Assembly (NCBI GenBank): GCA_041906145.1
Contig: JAYRJU010000009.1
Location: 96,879 to 160,878 of the forward strand
Source: Rhodospirillaceae bacterium
GTDB taxonomy: Bacteria; Pseudomonadota; Alphaproteobacteria; Rhodospirillales; Rhodospirillaceae
Direction: 5' to 3'
DNA: 64,000 nucleotides
In this document: positions 47,761-57,992 of the stretch, in pieces
Layout of the letters: every line of letters starts with the position of its first letter
How positions within the stretch are numbered: the stretch's first letter is position 1
Position numbers and translations under genes: made by a program
The notes under the pieces: generated by a model
The model's input: the letters and a program-made list of their open reading frames with translations, nothing else
What the model was told of the DNA's origin: nothing
The model's database searches: none

Positions 47761-48009
47761 ATGACGCAACCCGGCCCTCACGCATTGCAGCCCATCATCA
47801 TCGACGCGCGCGGCCTGAGCTGCCCGCTGCCGGTCCTGCGTCTCAATAAGACGCTGAAAGGCATTCCGGGCGGGGCGGAGATCATTCTCCTCGCGACCGA
47901 CCCAGCGGCCTTGCGCGACGTTCCAGCGTTCTGCACCGCCCACGGCCATCAAGTTATCCACAGTCCGGAAGGGGAATTTTTCAGATTCCACATTCGTAAG
48001 ATTGCCTAA
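47761..48009 (+). CDS. TusA/YeeD-like sulfur carrier
   Basis: IDARGLSCPLPVLRL (CPxP active-site motif), 82 aa from the internal ATG 47761. The upstream part of the track ORF overlaps yeeE antisense. Confidence 0.82.
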   Translation: MTQPGPHALQPIIIDARGLSCPLPVLRLNKTLKGIPGGAEIILLATDPAALRDVPAFCTAHGHQVIHSPEGEFFRFHIRKIA

Positions 48010-48087
48010 ACCTTAGCCATAGGGCATCTAAAGACATTAGCTCGCCTTAAAAAGCAGCAATTCTGGGGTTTAGGTTTAGGGGGACTT

Positions 48088-49296
48088 ATGGGCGGAGACG
48101 TCTTTTTCATTCTGATGGGCGCGATCATGGTCCTGGCGATGCATGCCGGCTTCGCGTTCTTGGAAGTTGGTACGGTGCGCAAGCGTTCCCAGGTGAACGC
48201 GCTCGTGAAAATCCTGGTCGATTTCTCGGGCTCGACGATCGCCTACTTCTTCGTCGGCTTCTCGATCGCTTATGGAATGAGCTTCCTCGACAGCGCGCCG
48301 ATCATTTCAGGCGCGGCGGGCACCGGCTATCAGGGCCAGGGCTACGACCTCGTGAAATATTTTTTCCTCCTGACCTTCGCAGCCGCCGTGCCCGCGATCA
48401 TCTCGGGCGGTATCGCGGAGCGCGCGAAGTTCTACCCGCAGCTCGTCGCGACGTTTCTGATCGTCGGGCTGATCTATCCGTTCTTTGAAGGCATGGCGTG
48501 GAACAACAACTACGGCTTCCAGGACATGGTAGAGGCGCTCACCGGCGCGAAGTTCCATGACTTCGCCGGTTCGGTGGTCGTGCACGCCATGGGCGGTTGG
48601 ATCGCGCTCGGCGCGGTGATCATGCTCGGCAACCGCAAGGGCCGCTTCACCGCCGACGGTCGCGCGATCGGCATGCCGCCTTCCAACATCGTATGGCTCG
48701 CGCTTGGCGCGTGGATCCTTTCGGTCGGCTGGTTCGGTTTCAACGTGATGAGCGCGCAGCGGCTCGAATCGGTAACGGGACTTGTCGCCGTCAACTCGTT
48801 GATGGCCATGGTCGGCGGCGTCATCACGGCCCTATTGGTTGGCCGCAACGATCCAGGCTTCGTGCACAACGGCGCGTTGGCGGGTCTCGTGGCCGTCTGC
48901 GCGGGCTCGGACGTGATGCATCCGATCGGCGCCCTCGCGACGGGCGGTATCGCCGGCGCCTTGTTCGTGTGGGCCTTCAACTTCATGCAGGACAAGCTGC
49001 GGATCGACGACGTGCTCGGCGTGTGGCCGCTGCATGGCCTTTGCGGCACCCTCGGCGGCCTGCTGTGCGGCGTCTTCGGCATGGAAAACCTGGGCGGCAT
49101 GGGCGGCGTGAACTTTATGGGCCAGTTGGTCGGCACTGTGACGGGCGTGCTCATCGGCCTCGTCGCGGGCTTTGTGGTCTACGGCGCGCTGAAAGCCACC
49201 GTTGGAATCCGCTTGTCGGAAGAGCAGGAGTTCAACGGCGCGGACCTGTCAATACACAAGATCACCTCGACGCCGGACGAAGATATCGTTCGCTAG
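48088..49296 (+). CDS. amt: ammonium transporter (Amt family)
   Basis: 11-TM profile, with DFAGSVVVHAMGGWIALG and VWPLHGLCGTLGG (twin-His) motifs. No glnK is adjacent. Confidence 0.93.
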   Translation: MGGDVFFILMGAIMVLAMHAGFAFLEVGTVRKRSQVNALVKILVDFSGSTIAYFFVGFSIAYGMSFLDSAPIISGAAGTGYQGQGYDLVKYFFLLTFAAAVPAIISGGIAERAKFYPQLVATFLIVGLIYPFFEGMAWNNNYGFQDMVEALTGAKFHDFAGSVVVHAMGGWIALGAVIMLGNRKGRFTADGRAIGMPPSNIVWLALGAWILSVGWFGFNVMSAQRLESVTGLVAVNSLMAMVGGVITALLVGRNDPGFVHNGALAGLVAVCAGSDVMHPIGALATGGIAGALFVWAFNFMQDKLRIDDVLGVWPLHGLCGTLGGLLCGVFGMENLGGMGGVNFMGQLVGTVTGVLIGLVAGFVVYGALKATVGIRLSEEQEFNGADLSIHKITSTPDEDIVR

Positions 49297-49315
49297 AAAG
49301 CGAATGGAGAAACAA

Positions 49316-49345
49316 GAAGGGCGGTCGCGAGACCGCCCTTTTTTG
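49316..49345. terminator. bidirectional rho-independent terminator
   Basis: GGGCGGTC-GCGA-GACCGCCC is followed by TTTTTT on the plus strand and by a T-rich run on the minus strand. It lies between convergent amt and the DUF411 gene. Confidence 0.85.
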
Positions 49346-49822
49346 TTATGCGCCGTTATGGCGAGACCAGACTCTAAGTTCTCCGTCGGTCCTGAACGCG
49401 AGAACAGTGTACGGATCGGCCCTGCCATCGGGCGATTCCATTCCCGGCGCGCCAATGGGCATGCCCGGTACCGAAAGTCCCCGTACGTTGTCGGGGCGCT
49501 CGCGCAAGAGCCGCTCGATGTCCGCGGGCGGCACATGGCCTTCGATGATGTACTTGTCGACCACGCCCGTGTGGCAGGCCCAGAGGTCGTAGGGGATATC
49601 GAGTTGCTTATTCACTTCAGCCAGCGGGCGCGACGTGACCATCTCAACCACAAAAATCTTTTCAACGACGGCAACCCAGTCAAGGCAGCACGCGCAGTGC
49701 GGATCGCGGTAGAGCGTTAGCCGATAAGGTGAGGAGGCGGCGCGGCCCGCTCCAGTGCGCGCAAGGACAGCCAGCGCGACCCCGCCCATTAAAGCTTTGC
49801 GACGGCTTAAGTCTCCAGTCAT
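49346..49822 (-). CDS. DUF411 metal-binding periplasmic protein
   Basis: Tat-like SRRKALMGG signal, CACC, CHTGVV..YIIEGHVP and VPGMPIGAPGME motifs. Confidence 0.8.
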   Translation of the reverse strand: MTGDLSRRKALMGGVALAVLARTGAGRAASSPYRLTLYRDPHCACCLDWVAVVEKIFVVEMVTSRPLAEVNKQLDIPYDLWACHTGVVDKYIIEGHVPPADIERLLRERPDNVRGLSVPGMPIGAPGMESPDGRADPYTVLAFRTDGELRVWSRHNGA

Positions 49823-49880
49823 GGCAGGTCACCCCCGTGTAGCCACGAACAGGACCCAAGCCTAACACCAGTTGTGGAAT

Positions 49881-50261
49881 CTATTCCACGCCGTTCATCT
49901 CGCGCTCCACGTCCCGGAACCGGTATTGGAGGGCGATCATGGTGGCTTTAACCGGCCGCAGGGCCAGCCCGGCGGTCAGGCTGATGAAGGCCGGCCAAAT
50001 CACGAAATGGACCCAGATGGGCGGCGTCACGAAGCGATCGAAAAGCAGGGCCGCGACCGCGGTGATAATGCAGAGCGGCATCATGATGAAGAAAGCAGGT
50101 CCGTCGGCGGTGTCGTGGCCCGCGAAGCTCAGGCCGCAGACCTCGCAGCCCGGCCGCACGGTAAGGTAGCCCTCGAAGAGCCGTCCTCGGCCGCAGCGCG
50201 GGCAGCGGCAGAAAAGTCCGGCGACGGCGAGCGGCGCGCGCGGCTTATGGGATGTGGACAT
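49881..50261 (-). CDS. DUF983 membrane protein
   Basis: CPRCGRGRLFEGYL...CEVCG zinc-ribbon-like N-terminus followed by two TM helices. This family is commonly near cta genes. Confidence 0.8.
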   Translation of the reverse strand: MSTSHKPRAPLAVAGLFCRCPRCGRGRLFEGYLTVRPGCEVCGLSFAGHDTADGPAFFIMMPLCIITAVAALLFDRFVTPPIWVHFVIWPAFISLTAGLALRPVKATMIALQYRFRDVEREMNGVE

Positions 50262-50342
50262 GGACTACTATAGGAGCCCCGGGTCCCGGTAATCACGCGA
50301 AAACTCTCGCCCGCGCGCGGGGCGGCCAGGTACTCTCGCTGC

Positions 50343-51500
50343 ATGCCGCGCCGTACCGGTCACCTCCCGCGTATTCTCGCCGTCCTTTTTACGCTAGGGC
50401 TGGCAAGCGCCTGCGCGGCTCCCGCGCGAATCGCCTATACCGCGGCCGAGCAGCGTGCGGCTGTGCCGCCGGGATTCGCGGATGTCCGCCTGTCGATTTC
50501 GGAGCGCCCCGAGGCCGAGAAGCTCGTCGCGCTTTTCCGCACCCAACGCGATGCCCGCGGGCGGCCCCTCGAAATTCTGTCGTTATCCGGCGGCGGGGCG
50601 AATGGGGCCTTCGGTGCGGGGGTTCTCTATGGCTGGAGCCAGCACGGCGACCGCCCCGCCTTTGACGTGGTCACCGGCATCAGTACAGGCGCGCTGGCCG
50701 CGCCGTTCGCATTCCTCGGTCCGGCTTATGATGAAGCCCTGAAGGCCGGTTACACGAGCGGTCGGTCGGCGGAACTTCTCGACTTCCGAGGCCTGCTCGC
50801 ATTTTTTCGGCCCAGCCTTTTCAGCGGTCGCCCGCTCGCGCGGCTGGTCGAGGACCTCGTCGACGATCAGGTCGTCGCGGCCGTCGCCAGGGAGCACAAA
50901 GCGGGGCGGCGCCTGCTGGTCGGCACCACCAACCTCGATACTCAGGCGCTCACGCTGTGGGATATGGGCGCGATCGCCGCGGCGGGCGGGCCCCGCGCGA
51001 CCAAGCTGTTCCGTACTGTGCTGGTAGCCTCGGCGAGTGTGCCCGGCGTCTTCCCGCCGGTGATGGTCGAGGTTGAAGCCAACGGGCGTCGGTTCGCCGA
51101 AATGCATGTGGACGGAAGCGCGATTTCGTCGTTTTTCGCCGTACCCAATTCCCTTTTGCTGTGGACGGGGCAAGACACAAATGAGCTTAAGGCGCGGCTG
51201 TATGTGTTGATCAACGGTGCGCTCGACGAGGATTTCGCCGTCACGCCGAACGAGACGCTGCCGATCCTGCGGCGGAGTTTCGATGTCGCCAGTAAGACCA
51301 ATACCCGCACCGAACTTACCGCTGTCGCCGCTTTCGCTGAACGAAACGGCCTCGCGCTGCGCATGAGTCATGTGCCGCCGGGCGTGAACCCGTCGCCACT
51401 CGATTTCGATCAGCAGCGCATGACGGCGTTGTTCGAACAGGGGCGGGCGGCCGGCGCTGCAGGAGCGGCGTGGGAGGATCTGAAAGCCTTAGATCCCTAA
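50343..51500 (+). CDS. patatin-like phospholipase, predicted lipoprotein
   Basis: Lipobox LGLASAC, oxyanion SGGGANGAFGAG, nucleophile GISTGA and catalytic Asp HVDGS. Confidence 0.85.
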   Translation: MPRRTGHLPRILAVLFTLGLASACAAPARIAYTAAEQRAAVPPGFADVRLSISERPEAEKLVALFRTQRDARGRPLEILSLSGGGANGAFGAGVLYGWSQHGDRPAFDVVTGISTGALAAPFAFLGPAYDEALKAGYTSGRSAELLDFRGLLAFFRPSLFSGRPLARLVEDLVDDQVVAAVAREHKAGRRLLVGTTNLDTQALTLWDMGAIAAAGGPRATKLFRTVLVASASVPGVFPPVMVEVEANGRRFAEMHVDGSAISSFFAVPNSLLLWTGQDTNELKARLYVLINGALDEDFAVTPNETLPILRRSFDVASKTNTRTELTAVAAFAERNGLALRMSHVPPGVNPSPLDFDQQRMTALFEQGRAAGAAGAAWEDLKALDP

Positions 51501-51520
51501 AAGAGCCAAGATCCTCAAAC

Positions 51521-51560
51521 AAAAACGCCGCTCCTTTTGGGGAGCGGCGTTTTCTTTTTC
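51521..51560. terminator. bidirectional rho-independent terminator
   Basis: AAAAACGCCGCTCC-TTTTGG-GGAGCGGCGTTTTCTTTTT lies between the convergent patatin gene and ctaE. Confidence 0.85.
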
Positions 51561-51576
51561 GAGGCTTTTGGGGCTA

Positions 51577-52407
51577 TTAGCCGCCAAACGTGCGGACCGG
51601 GGCGCCGAGGAGCCAGTAGACCCACACGAACAGGAACAGCCACACCACGTCAACGAAGTGCCAGTACCAGGCAGCGGCCTGGAAGCCGATGTGCTTATGG
51701 GGCGAGAACTGGCCTTTCGCGGCGCGGAAGCCACAGACGATCAGGAAGACGGTGCCGACGAACACGTGGAAGCCGTGGAACCCCGTGGCGAGGTAGAAGG
51801 CGGACGGATAGATGCCGTCCGTCAGCTTGAACGTCGCGTGGTGGTATTCGTAGACCTGCAGGCCAAGGAAAAGGGCGCCCAGGGCCGCGGTGATGAAGAT
51901 CCACTTGGCGGCCTTCTGGTTATTGCCTTCTTCGATGTAGATGTGCGCGCGCGTGACGGTTCCGCCCGAGGTGAGCAGGATCACGGTGTTGTAGAACGGC
52001 AGTTCCCAGGCTTCGAGCGGCGTGATGCCGGCCGGCGGCCACTGCAGGGTCGAGGTCGAGAAGCCCAGTGCGTTATGGAAGAAGGCCCAGAAGAAGGCGA
52101 CGAAGAACATCACTTCCGAGGTGATGAACAGGGCCATGCCGAGGCGCAGGCCGTGGCTGACTTCTGCGGTGTGCGCCTTTTCCTTCACCGACTCGCTGAT
52201 GATGTCGCGCCACCACATCCACATCGTCATAAGCACGAGGACGAAGCCGGGCAGCAGCTTAAAGACGCCTGGCTCCATGCCGAACACAGGCACCTTGTGG
52301 AAGAACAGGACCGCGCCGATGGCGAGGATCAGCACCGAGAAGGAACCCATTGCCGGCCAGGGGCTCGGGTTCACCATGTGGAAGTTATGTTTGGCGTGTC
52401 CGCTCAT
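51577..52407 (-). CDS. ctaE: cytochrome c oxidase subunit III
   Basis: HNFHMVNPSPWP, ITSEVMFF and FHGFHVFVGT motifs; 276 aa. Confidence 0.96.
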   Translation of the reverse strand: MSGHAKHNFHMVNPSPWPAMGSFSVLILAIGAVLFFHKVPVFGMEPGVFKLLPGFVLVLMTMWMWWRDIISESVKEKAHTAEVSHGLRLGMALFITSEVMFFVAFFWAFFHNALGFSTSTLQWPPAGITPLEAWELPFYNTVILLTSGGTVTRAHIYIEEGNNQKAAKWIFITAALGALFLGLQVYEYHHATFKLTDGIYPSAFYLATGFHGFHVFVGTVFLIVCGFRAAKGQFSPHKHIGFQAAAWYWHFVDVVWLFLFVWVYWLLGAPVRTFGG

Positions 52408-52430
52408 GGAAATGATCCCTCTACGTCTCT

Positions 52431-53045
52431 CTAATTGGTGGCGCCGCCAGCTTCCGTAGAAGCGGGCGTAATGGATTTGGATTCAGCGCTGTCTTCCACC
52501 GGGAAGCCGTCTTTGGAACGGAAGAAGGTGTACGACAGGGTAATGGTCTTCACTTCTTCGGTGTGTTCGTCGCTGACGAGCGCCGGGTCCACGTAGAAGG
52601 TGACGCCCAATTCAGCACTCTGGCCGGGGGCGAGAATTTGCTCCTGGAAGCAGAAGCATTCGATCTTATTGAAGTACTGACCGATCTTGTCCGGAGTGAC
52701 GTTGAACGTCGCCGTGCCGGTGGTTGTCTCGATCCCCATGTTGGTGGCCGTGTAGTGGATGGTCACCGTTTCGCCGAGCTTCGTCGTGACCGACGGCTGC
52801 GAGGGTGTGAACTTCCACGGCAGTTGGGGATCGGTATTGGCGTCAAACCGCACCGTAACCGGGCGGTCGATAATCTGGGTCGTGTTTGCCGCCACGATCT
52901 GCGGATCGCCGCCGATGCCGATCGCGCGGCAGAAGGCGTCGTAATAGGGCACGAGCGCGAATGCACACCCCACCATCACCGCGGCTCCCCCAAGGGAAGC
53001 CGCGGCGACGCGGGCGTTACGGCGTTTCAGGTTGGACTTGTCCAT
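52431..53045 (-). CDS. ctaG: cytochrome c oxidase assembly protein CtaG/Cox11
   Basis: N-terminal TM helix, the copper motif IECFCFQEQ and VTFYVDP. Confidence 0.95.
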   Translation of the reverse strand: MDKSNLKRRNARVAAASLGGAAVMVGCAFALVPYYDAFCRAIGIGGDPQIVAANTTQIIDRPVTVRFDANTDPQLPWKFTPSQPSVTTKLGETVTIHYTATNMGIETTTGTATFNVTPDKIGQYFNKIECFCFQEQILAPGQSAELGVTFYVDPALVSDEHTEEVKTITLSYTFFRSKDGFPVEDSAESKSITPASTEAGGATN

Positions 53046-53069
53046 TACCTTTTGTGCCTTATGCGCTGA

Positions 53070-54719
<1,650 letters not shown>

Positions 54720-55565
54720 CTATTGAGCCGAGGCAAGTTTCACGCTGTCCGCCGTGGCGGGCGTGAGGCCGGCTTTTTGTTGTTCAACCCAGCGCTGGTA
54801 CTCTTCCTTGCTGACCGCATCGACAACGATCGGCATGAAGGAGTGGTCGACGCCGCACAGTTCCGAGCACTGGCCGTAGTAGCGGCCCGGTTTGGTGATG
54901 CGCGTCCAGGTTTCGTTGATGCGGCCCGGCATATTGTCGAGTTTCACGCCGAAGGCCGGGATCGTCCAAGCATGGATCACGTCGTTGGCGGTGAAGAGCA
55001 GGCGGATGTTGGTATCGACCGGCAGGATGACGTGGCGGTCGGTTTCGAGGAGGCGGTGCTGACCGGCCTTCACGTCGATTTCCGCATCGGGGATTGCGAT
55101 CGCATCGAAGGAAACCCCCGTGTCCGGGTATTCGTAAGACCAAAACCACTGATTGCCCGTGATCTTGAGGGTCATTTCAGCTTCGGTGGTGTGATCGAGG
55201 TAGTAGAGGATGCGGTAGGACGGAACCGCGATGCCCACCAAGATGAAGACCGGAACGATGGTCCAAATCACTTCGATGAGCGTGTTATGCGACCACTTGG
55301 CCGGCACCGGATTGCGCTTCTCGTTGAAGCGGAAGATGCAGATCAGGAGCAAGATCGCCACGAAAACGCTGATGACGGTGATGATCCACAGGAGGAGCGT
55401 GTGGAAATCATGGAGCATTTCGGCTTGAGGAGTCGCCGGAGTCTGGATGCCGAGCTGCCACTCCGTTGGGAAGGAGGGGGTGGGCATTTGCTCAGCGGCA
55501 AACGCGGTCCCCATGGAAAAGATGCTCGAAACGACGGCGCCAAGCGCCAATGCCAAACGACTCAC
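54720..55565 (-). CDS. ctaC: cytochrome c oxidase subunit II
   Basis: CuA motif HAWTIP...CSELCGVDHSFM. I chose the GTG start at 55565 (GGAGA 7 nt upstream; signal-like VSRLALALGAVVSSIF). The track ORF to 55670 begins with TTG. Confidence 0.93.
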   Translation of the reverse strand: MSRLALALGAVVSSIFSMGTAFAAEQMPTPSFPTEWQLGIQTPATPQAEMLHDFHTLLLWIITVISVFVAILLLICIFRFNEKRNPVPAKWSHNTLIEVIWTIVPVFILVGIAVPSYRILYYLDHTTEAEMTLKITGNQWFWSYEYPDTGVSFDAIAIPDAEIDVKAGQHRLLETDRHVILPVDTNIRLLFTANDVIHAWTIPAFGVKLDNMPGRINETWTRITKPGRYYGQCSELCGVDHSFMPIVVDAVSKEEYQRWVEQQKAGLTPATADSVKLASAQ

Positions 55566-55893
55566 ACTCTGTCTCCATTGCAACCCAGCAGGTGGCCACC
55601 CTTTAAGGGGCCGGACCGGGCGGTTCAACCGATATTTTTTGGGCGTTTGCAAATTCCCCTGCCGCGCCAATGGGTTCCGCAGAATCCCTCAGTGCCGCCC
55701 CGCGCGGAGACTAACCGAATGGGCTTCTCACGTAAAGGTAAAGCCCCGTATTCACAAAGGGTTGTTAACCCTTTCGGCCGTGTAAGTTTTCCGCAGCCCG
55801 CGCGCTCGTCTGTGACAGATCAAAGGGTTTTGTTTAACCGGCCGGTCGGTTAGACAGGCGCGAGACTCTGGTGCGCGCTTCAGGAGAATTTTG

Positions 55894-56046
55894 GTGAACG
55901 CAGTTCCGCCGCATGATTCCAATAACGCCGATTCTAACGAGAAGGCCAAACGCCGCCGGCTGGTGCTGTTTGGCTTCGCCTTGGCCCTCGTGCCGGTGTT
56001 CATGTACGTGAGCTTCATCATCAAGACCGCCGTGCGTGGGCCTTAA
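55894..56046 (+). CDS. unlisted 50-aa single-TM peptide, possible small cytochrome-oxidase assembly protein
   Basis: GTG start preceded by AGGAGA. VNAVPPHDSNNADSNEKAKRRRLVLFGFALALVPVFMYVSFIIKTAVRGP has a positive-inside charge cluster and one TM helix. Its stop is 9 nt before the DUF420 ATG. It is below the track length cutoff. Confidence 0.5.
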   Translation: MNAVPPHDSNNADSNEKAKRRRLVLFGFALALVPVFMYVSFIIKTAVRGP

Positions 56047-56055
56047 GGACGAGTG

Positions 56056-56487
56056 ATGAGCACAGCCACCGTCCTTCCGCACGTCAACGCGGTCTTGAAT
56101 GCGCTTTCAACGATCCTGCTGATTATCGGATTCGTCCTCATCCGCTCCGGACGGCGCGAGCAGCACCGCAAGGTCATGTTGTCCGCGCTTATCGTCTCCG
56201 GCGTTTTCCTGATCAGCTATCTGACCTATCACTTCACCGCGCCGACATTTGTCTTCCCAGGCACGGGTTGGACCAGACCGGTCTACTTCGGCATGCTGAT
56301 CAGTCACGTCGTGTTGGCGACGATCGTGACGCCAATGGTCGTGGTGACCGCGTACCGTGCGCTGAAGGGCACATTCGACCGCCATAAGGCGATCGCGCGC
56401 TGGACCATCGGCGCGTGGCTATATGTTACCGTAACGGGTGTGCTGATTTACGTGATCCTGTACCACGTCTATCCGCCTTCGGCTTAA
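56056..56487 (+). CDS. DUF420 membrane protein (CtaM-like)
   Basis: LPHVNAVLNALSTILLIIGFVLIR..HRKVMLSA..FLISYLTYH, four TM helices, 143 aa. Confidence 0.85.
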   Translation: MSTATVLPHVNAVLNALSTILLIIGFVLIRSGRREQHRKVMLSALIVSGVFLISYLTYHFTAPTFVFPGTGWTRPVYFGMLISHVVLATIVTPMVVVTAYRALKGTFDRHKAIARWTIGAWLYVTVTGVLIYVILYHVYPPSA

Positions 56488-56491
56488 AAGC

Positions 56492-57934
56492 ATGGACGAG
56501 AAAGAAGTCCTCGCACGCACCATGCCGCCGCCGGTCGATACAGCGGTGGACGGCAATTTCGCCGGCAAGATCACGCCGCAGTTCATGCACGAGCTGCGCG
56601 GCTGGGTGAGTTTGCCCTTGGCCGCTTTGGCACTGGCGGGCCTGCTGGCGCTTCTGCTGGCCGCCTCGCGCGTGCCGGGCGCCGAGAAGGTGCTGACCTG
56701 GACCGGCGACAGCTTTTTCCAAAAAGGCCTCGTGGCGCATGTCACCTTCGCCTTCGTCATTTGGTACATGGGCGTGCACGGCGCGTTGACCGTACTGATG
56801 ACTGCGCAAATGCAAGGCGGGCGCGCCGCCCCGGGGTTTTTGTCGATCGCCATCGGGCGCCTCGGTGTTTTCGGCGCGTGGTTGAGCCTGTTCCTGCTGC
56901 TCGGACCTGTGCTCGCCGATTTGGGCGAGCCGTCACTCAATAACTACATCCCGGTCCTCGACCACCCGGTTTATTATGCCGGGCTCGCGTTGCTTGCCGG
57001 GTGCGTGGCCCTGCCGGTGCTGCGCCTGCTGGCGCTGATGGCGCGTGAGCGGAACCCGGACGCGGCGGTGTTCTCGGTGGCCGCCGCGGGACTCATATAC
57101 GTGCTGGCGCTGGTGTGTATCGCCGCGGCCGGCCTGACAATGCCGGAGAACGTCGGTCGTCAGGGCGCGAACGAATACTTGATGTGGGGCGGCGGCCATG
57201 TGCTGCAGTTCGCTAACACCGCGCTAATGCTGTGCTCCTTCTATCTGATCGCGCGCGCCGCACTCGGCGAAACGCCGCTGTCGGGCTCGTGGTTGAAGAC
57301 CATGATGCTTGTGCTGGTCGCGGGCGCGGCCGCCGGGCCGCTTCTGTATCTAACGCACGAGGCGGGCGGCGCCACTCAGCGCGATCTGTTCACGCGGCTT
57401 TATTGGTATGCGCTGCCGGTTCCGACCGCGATGGTGCTCGGAAGCGTCGGGCTTCTTCTGTTCCGCCGCTGGAAAGACGCCATGAAAGGCGCGCCGGAGA
57501 TCAAGGCGATCGCGGCGGCATTATTCTTGTTCGCATACGGCGGTGTGCTCGGCTTCTTCGAGGGCTCGATCGACACACGCACGCCCAGCCATTACCACGC
57601 GATGCTGATTGCGGTGACCCTGGCCTTCATGGCGCTCTACTTTGCACTTTTCCTGCCGCTGCTGGGCCTGCGGACCCAACGCAAGAAATTGCGTACCGCG
57701 ATGTACCTGCTGCTGGGCGGCGGTCAGTTCCTCCATTCGACCGGTCTATATCTAGCGGGTCTGGAAGGCGTGCTGCGCAAGACCCCCGGTGCGGCGCAAG
57801 GCCTTGATAGCCCTTGGAAGATCGCAAGCATGTCGTTGATGGGCCTCGGCGGCCTCATTGCGGTGGCCGGTGGCATCATCTTCATTTTTCTCGCGGGGAA
57901 AATGCTTATTGGCAAACCCGGACCGGACCGGTAG
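56492..57934 (+). CDS. divergent heme-copper oxidase subunit I-like 12-TM protein
   Basis: About 12 hydrophobic helices. By-eye collinearity with CtaD of this window at TM2 (LVAHVTFAF), TM6 (WGGGHVLQF), TM10 (DTRTPSHYHAML) and TM11 (FLHSTGLYLAGLEGVLRK). The TM7 HH pair is not conserved. Confidence 0.6.
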   Translation: MDEKEVLARTMPPPVDTAVDGNFAGKITPQFMHELRGWVSLPLAALALAGLLALLLAASRVPGAEKVLTWTGDSFFQKGLVAHVTFAFVIWYMGVHGALTVLMTAQMQGGRAAPGFLSIAIGRLGVFGAWLSLFLLLGPVLADLGEPSLNNYIPVLDHPVYYAGLALLAGCVALPVLRLLALMARERNPDAAVFSVAAAGLIYVLALVCIAAAGLTMPENVGRQGANEYLMWGGGHVLQFANTALMLCSFYLIARAALGETPLSGSWLKTMMLVLVAGAAAGPLLYLTHEAGGATQRDLFTRLYWYALPVPTAMVLGSVGLLLFRRWKDAMKGAPEIKAIAAALFLFAYGGVLGFFEGSIDTRTPSHYHAMLIAVTLAFMALYFALFLPLLGLRTQRKKLRTAMYLLLGGGQFLHSTGLYLAGLEGVLRKTPGAAQGLDSPWKIASMSLMGLGGLIAVAGGIIFIFLAGKMLIGKPGPDR

Positions 57935-57992
57935 ACCAAGCGCGCGGAACGGTCCCTTCCTGGCGGTTGGGTATTAGGGATTCCAATACGTT

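Noticed and set aside
48597-49592. A 331-aa plus-strand ORF overlapping the amt gene out of frame and running through its terminator.
   Set aside because: It is a same-strand alternative frame of a clear Amt transporter. The product is an Arg/Gly/Pro-rich string and crosses a strong intrinsic terminator.
55811-55823. A possible FNR/FixK box (TGTGACAGATCAA) upstream of the DUF420/ctaB operon. The nearby palindrome AAAGGGTT-GTT-AACCCTTT was also considered.
   Set aside because: The half-site spacing does not fit TTGAT-N4-ATCAA. The palindrome may be an operator, but I cannot tie it to any known regulator.
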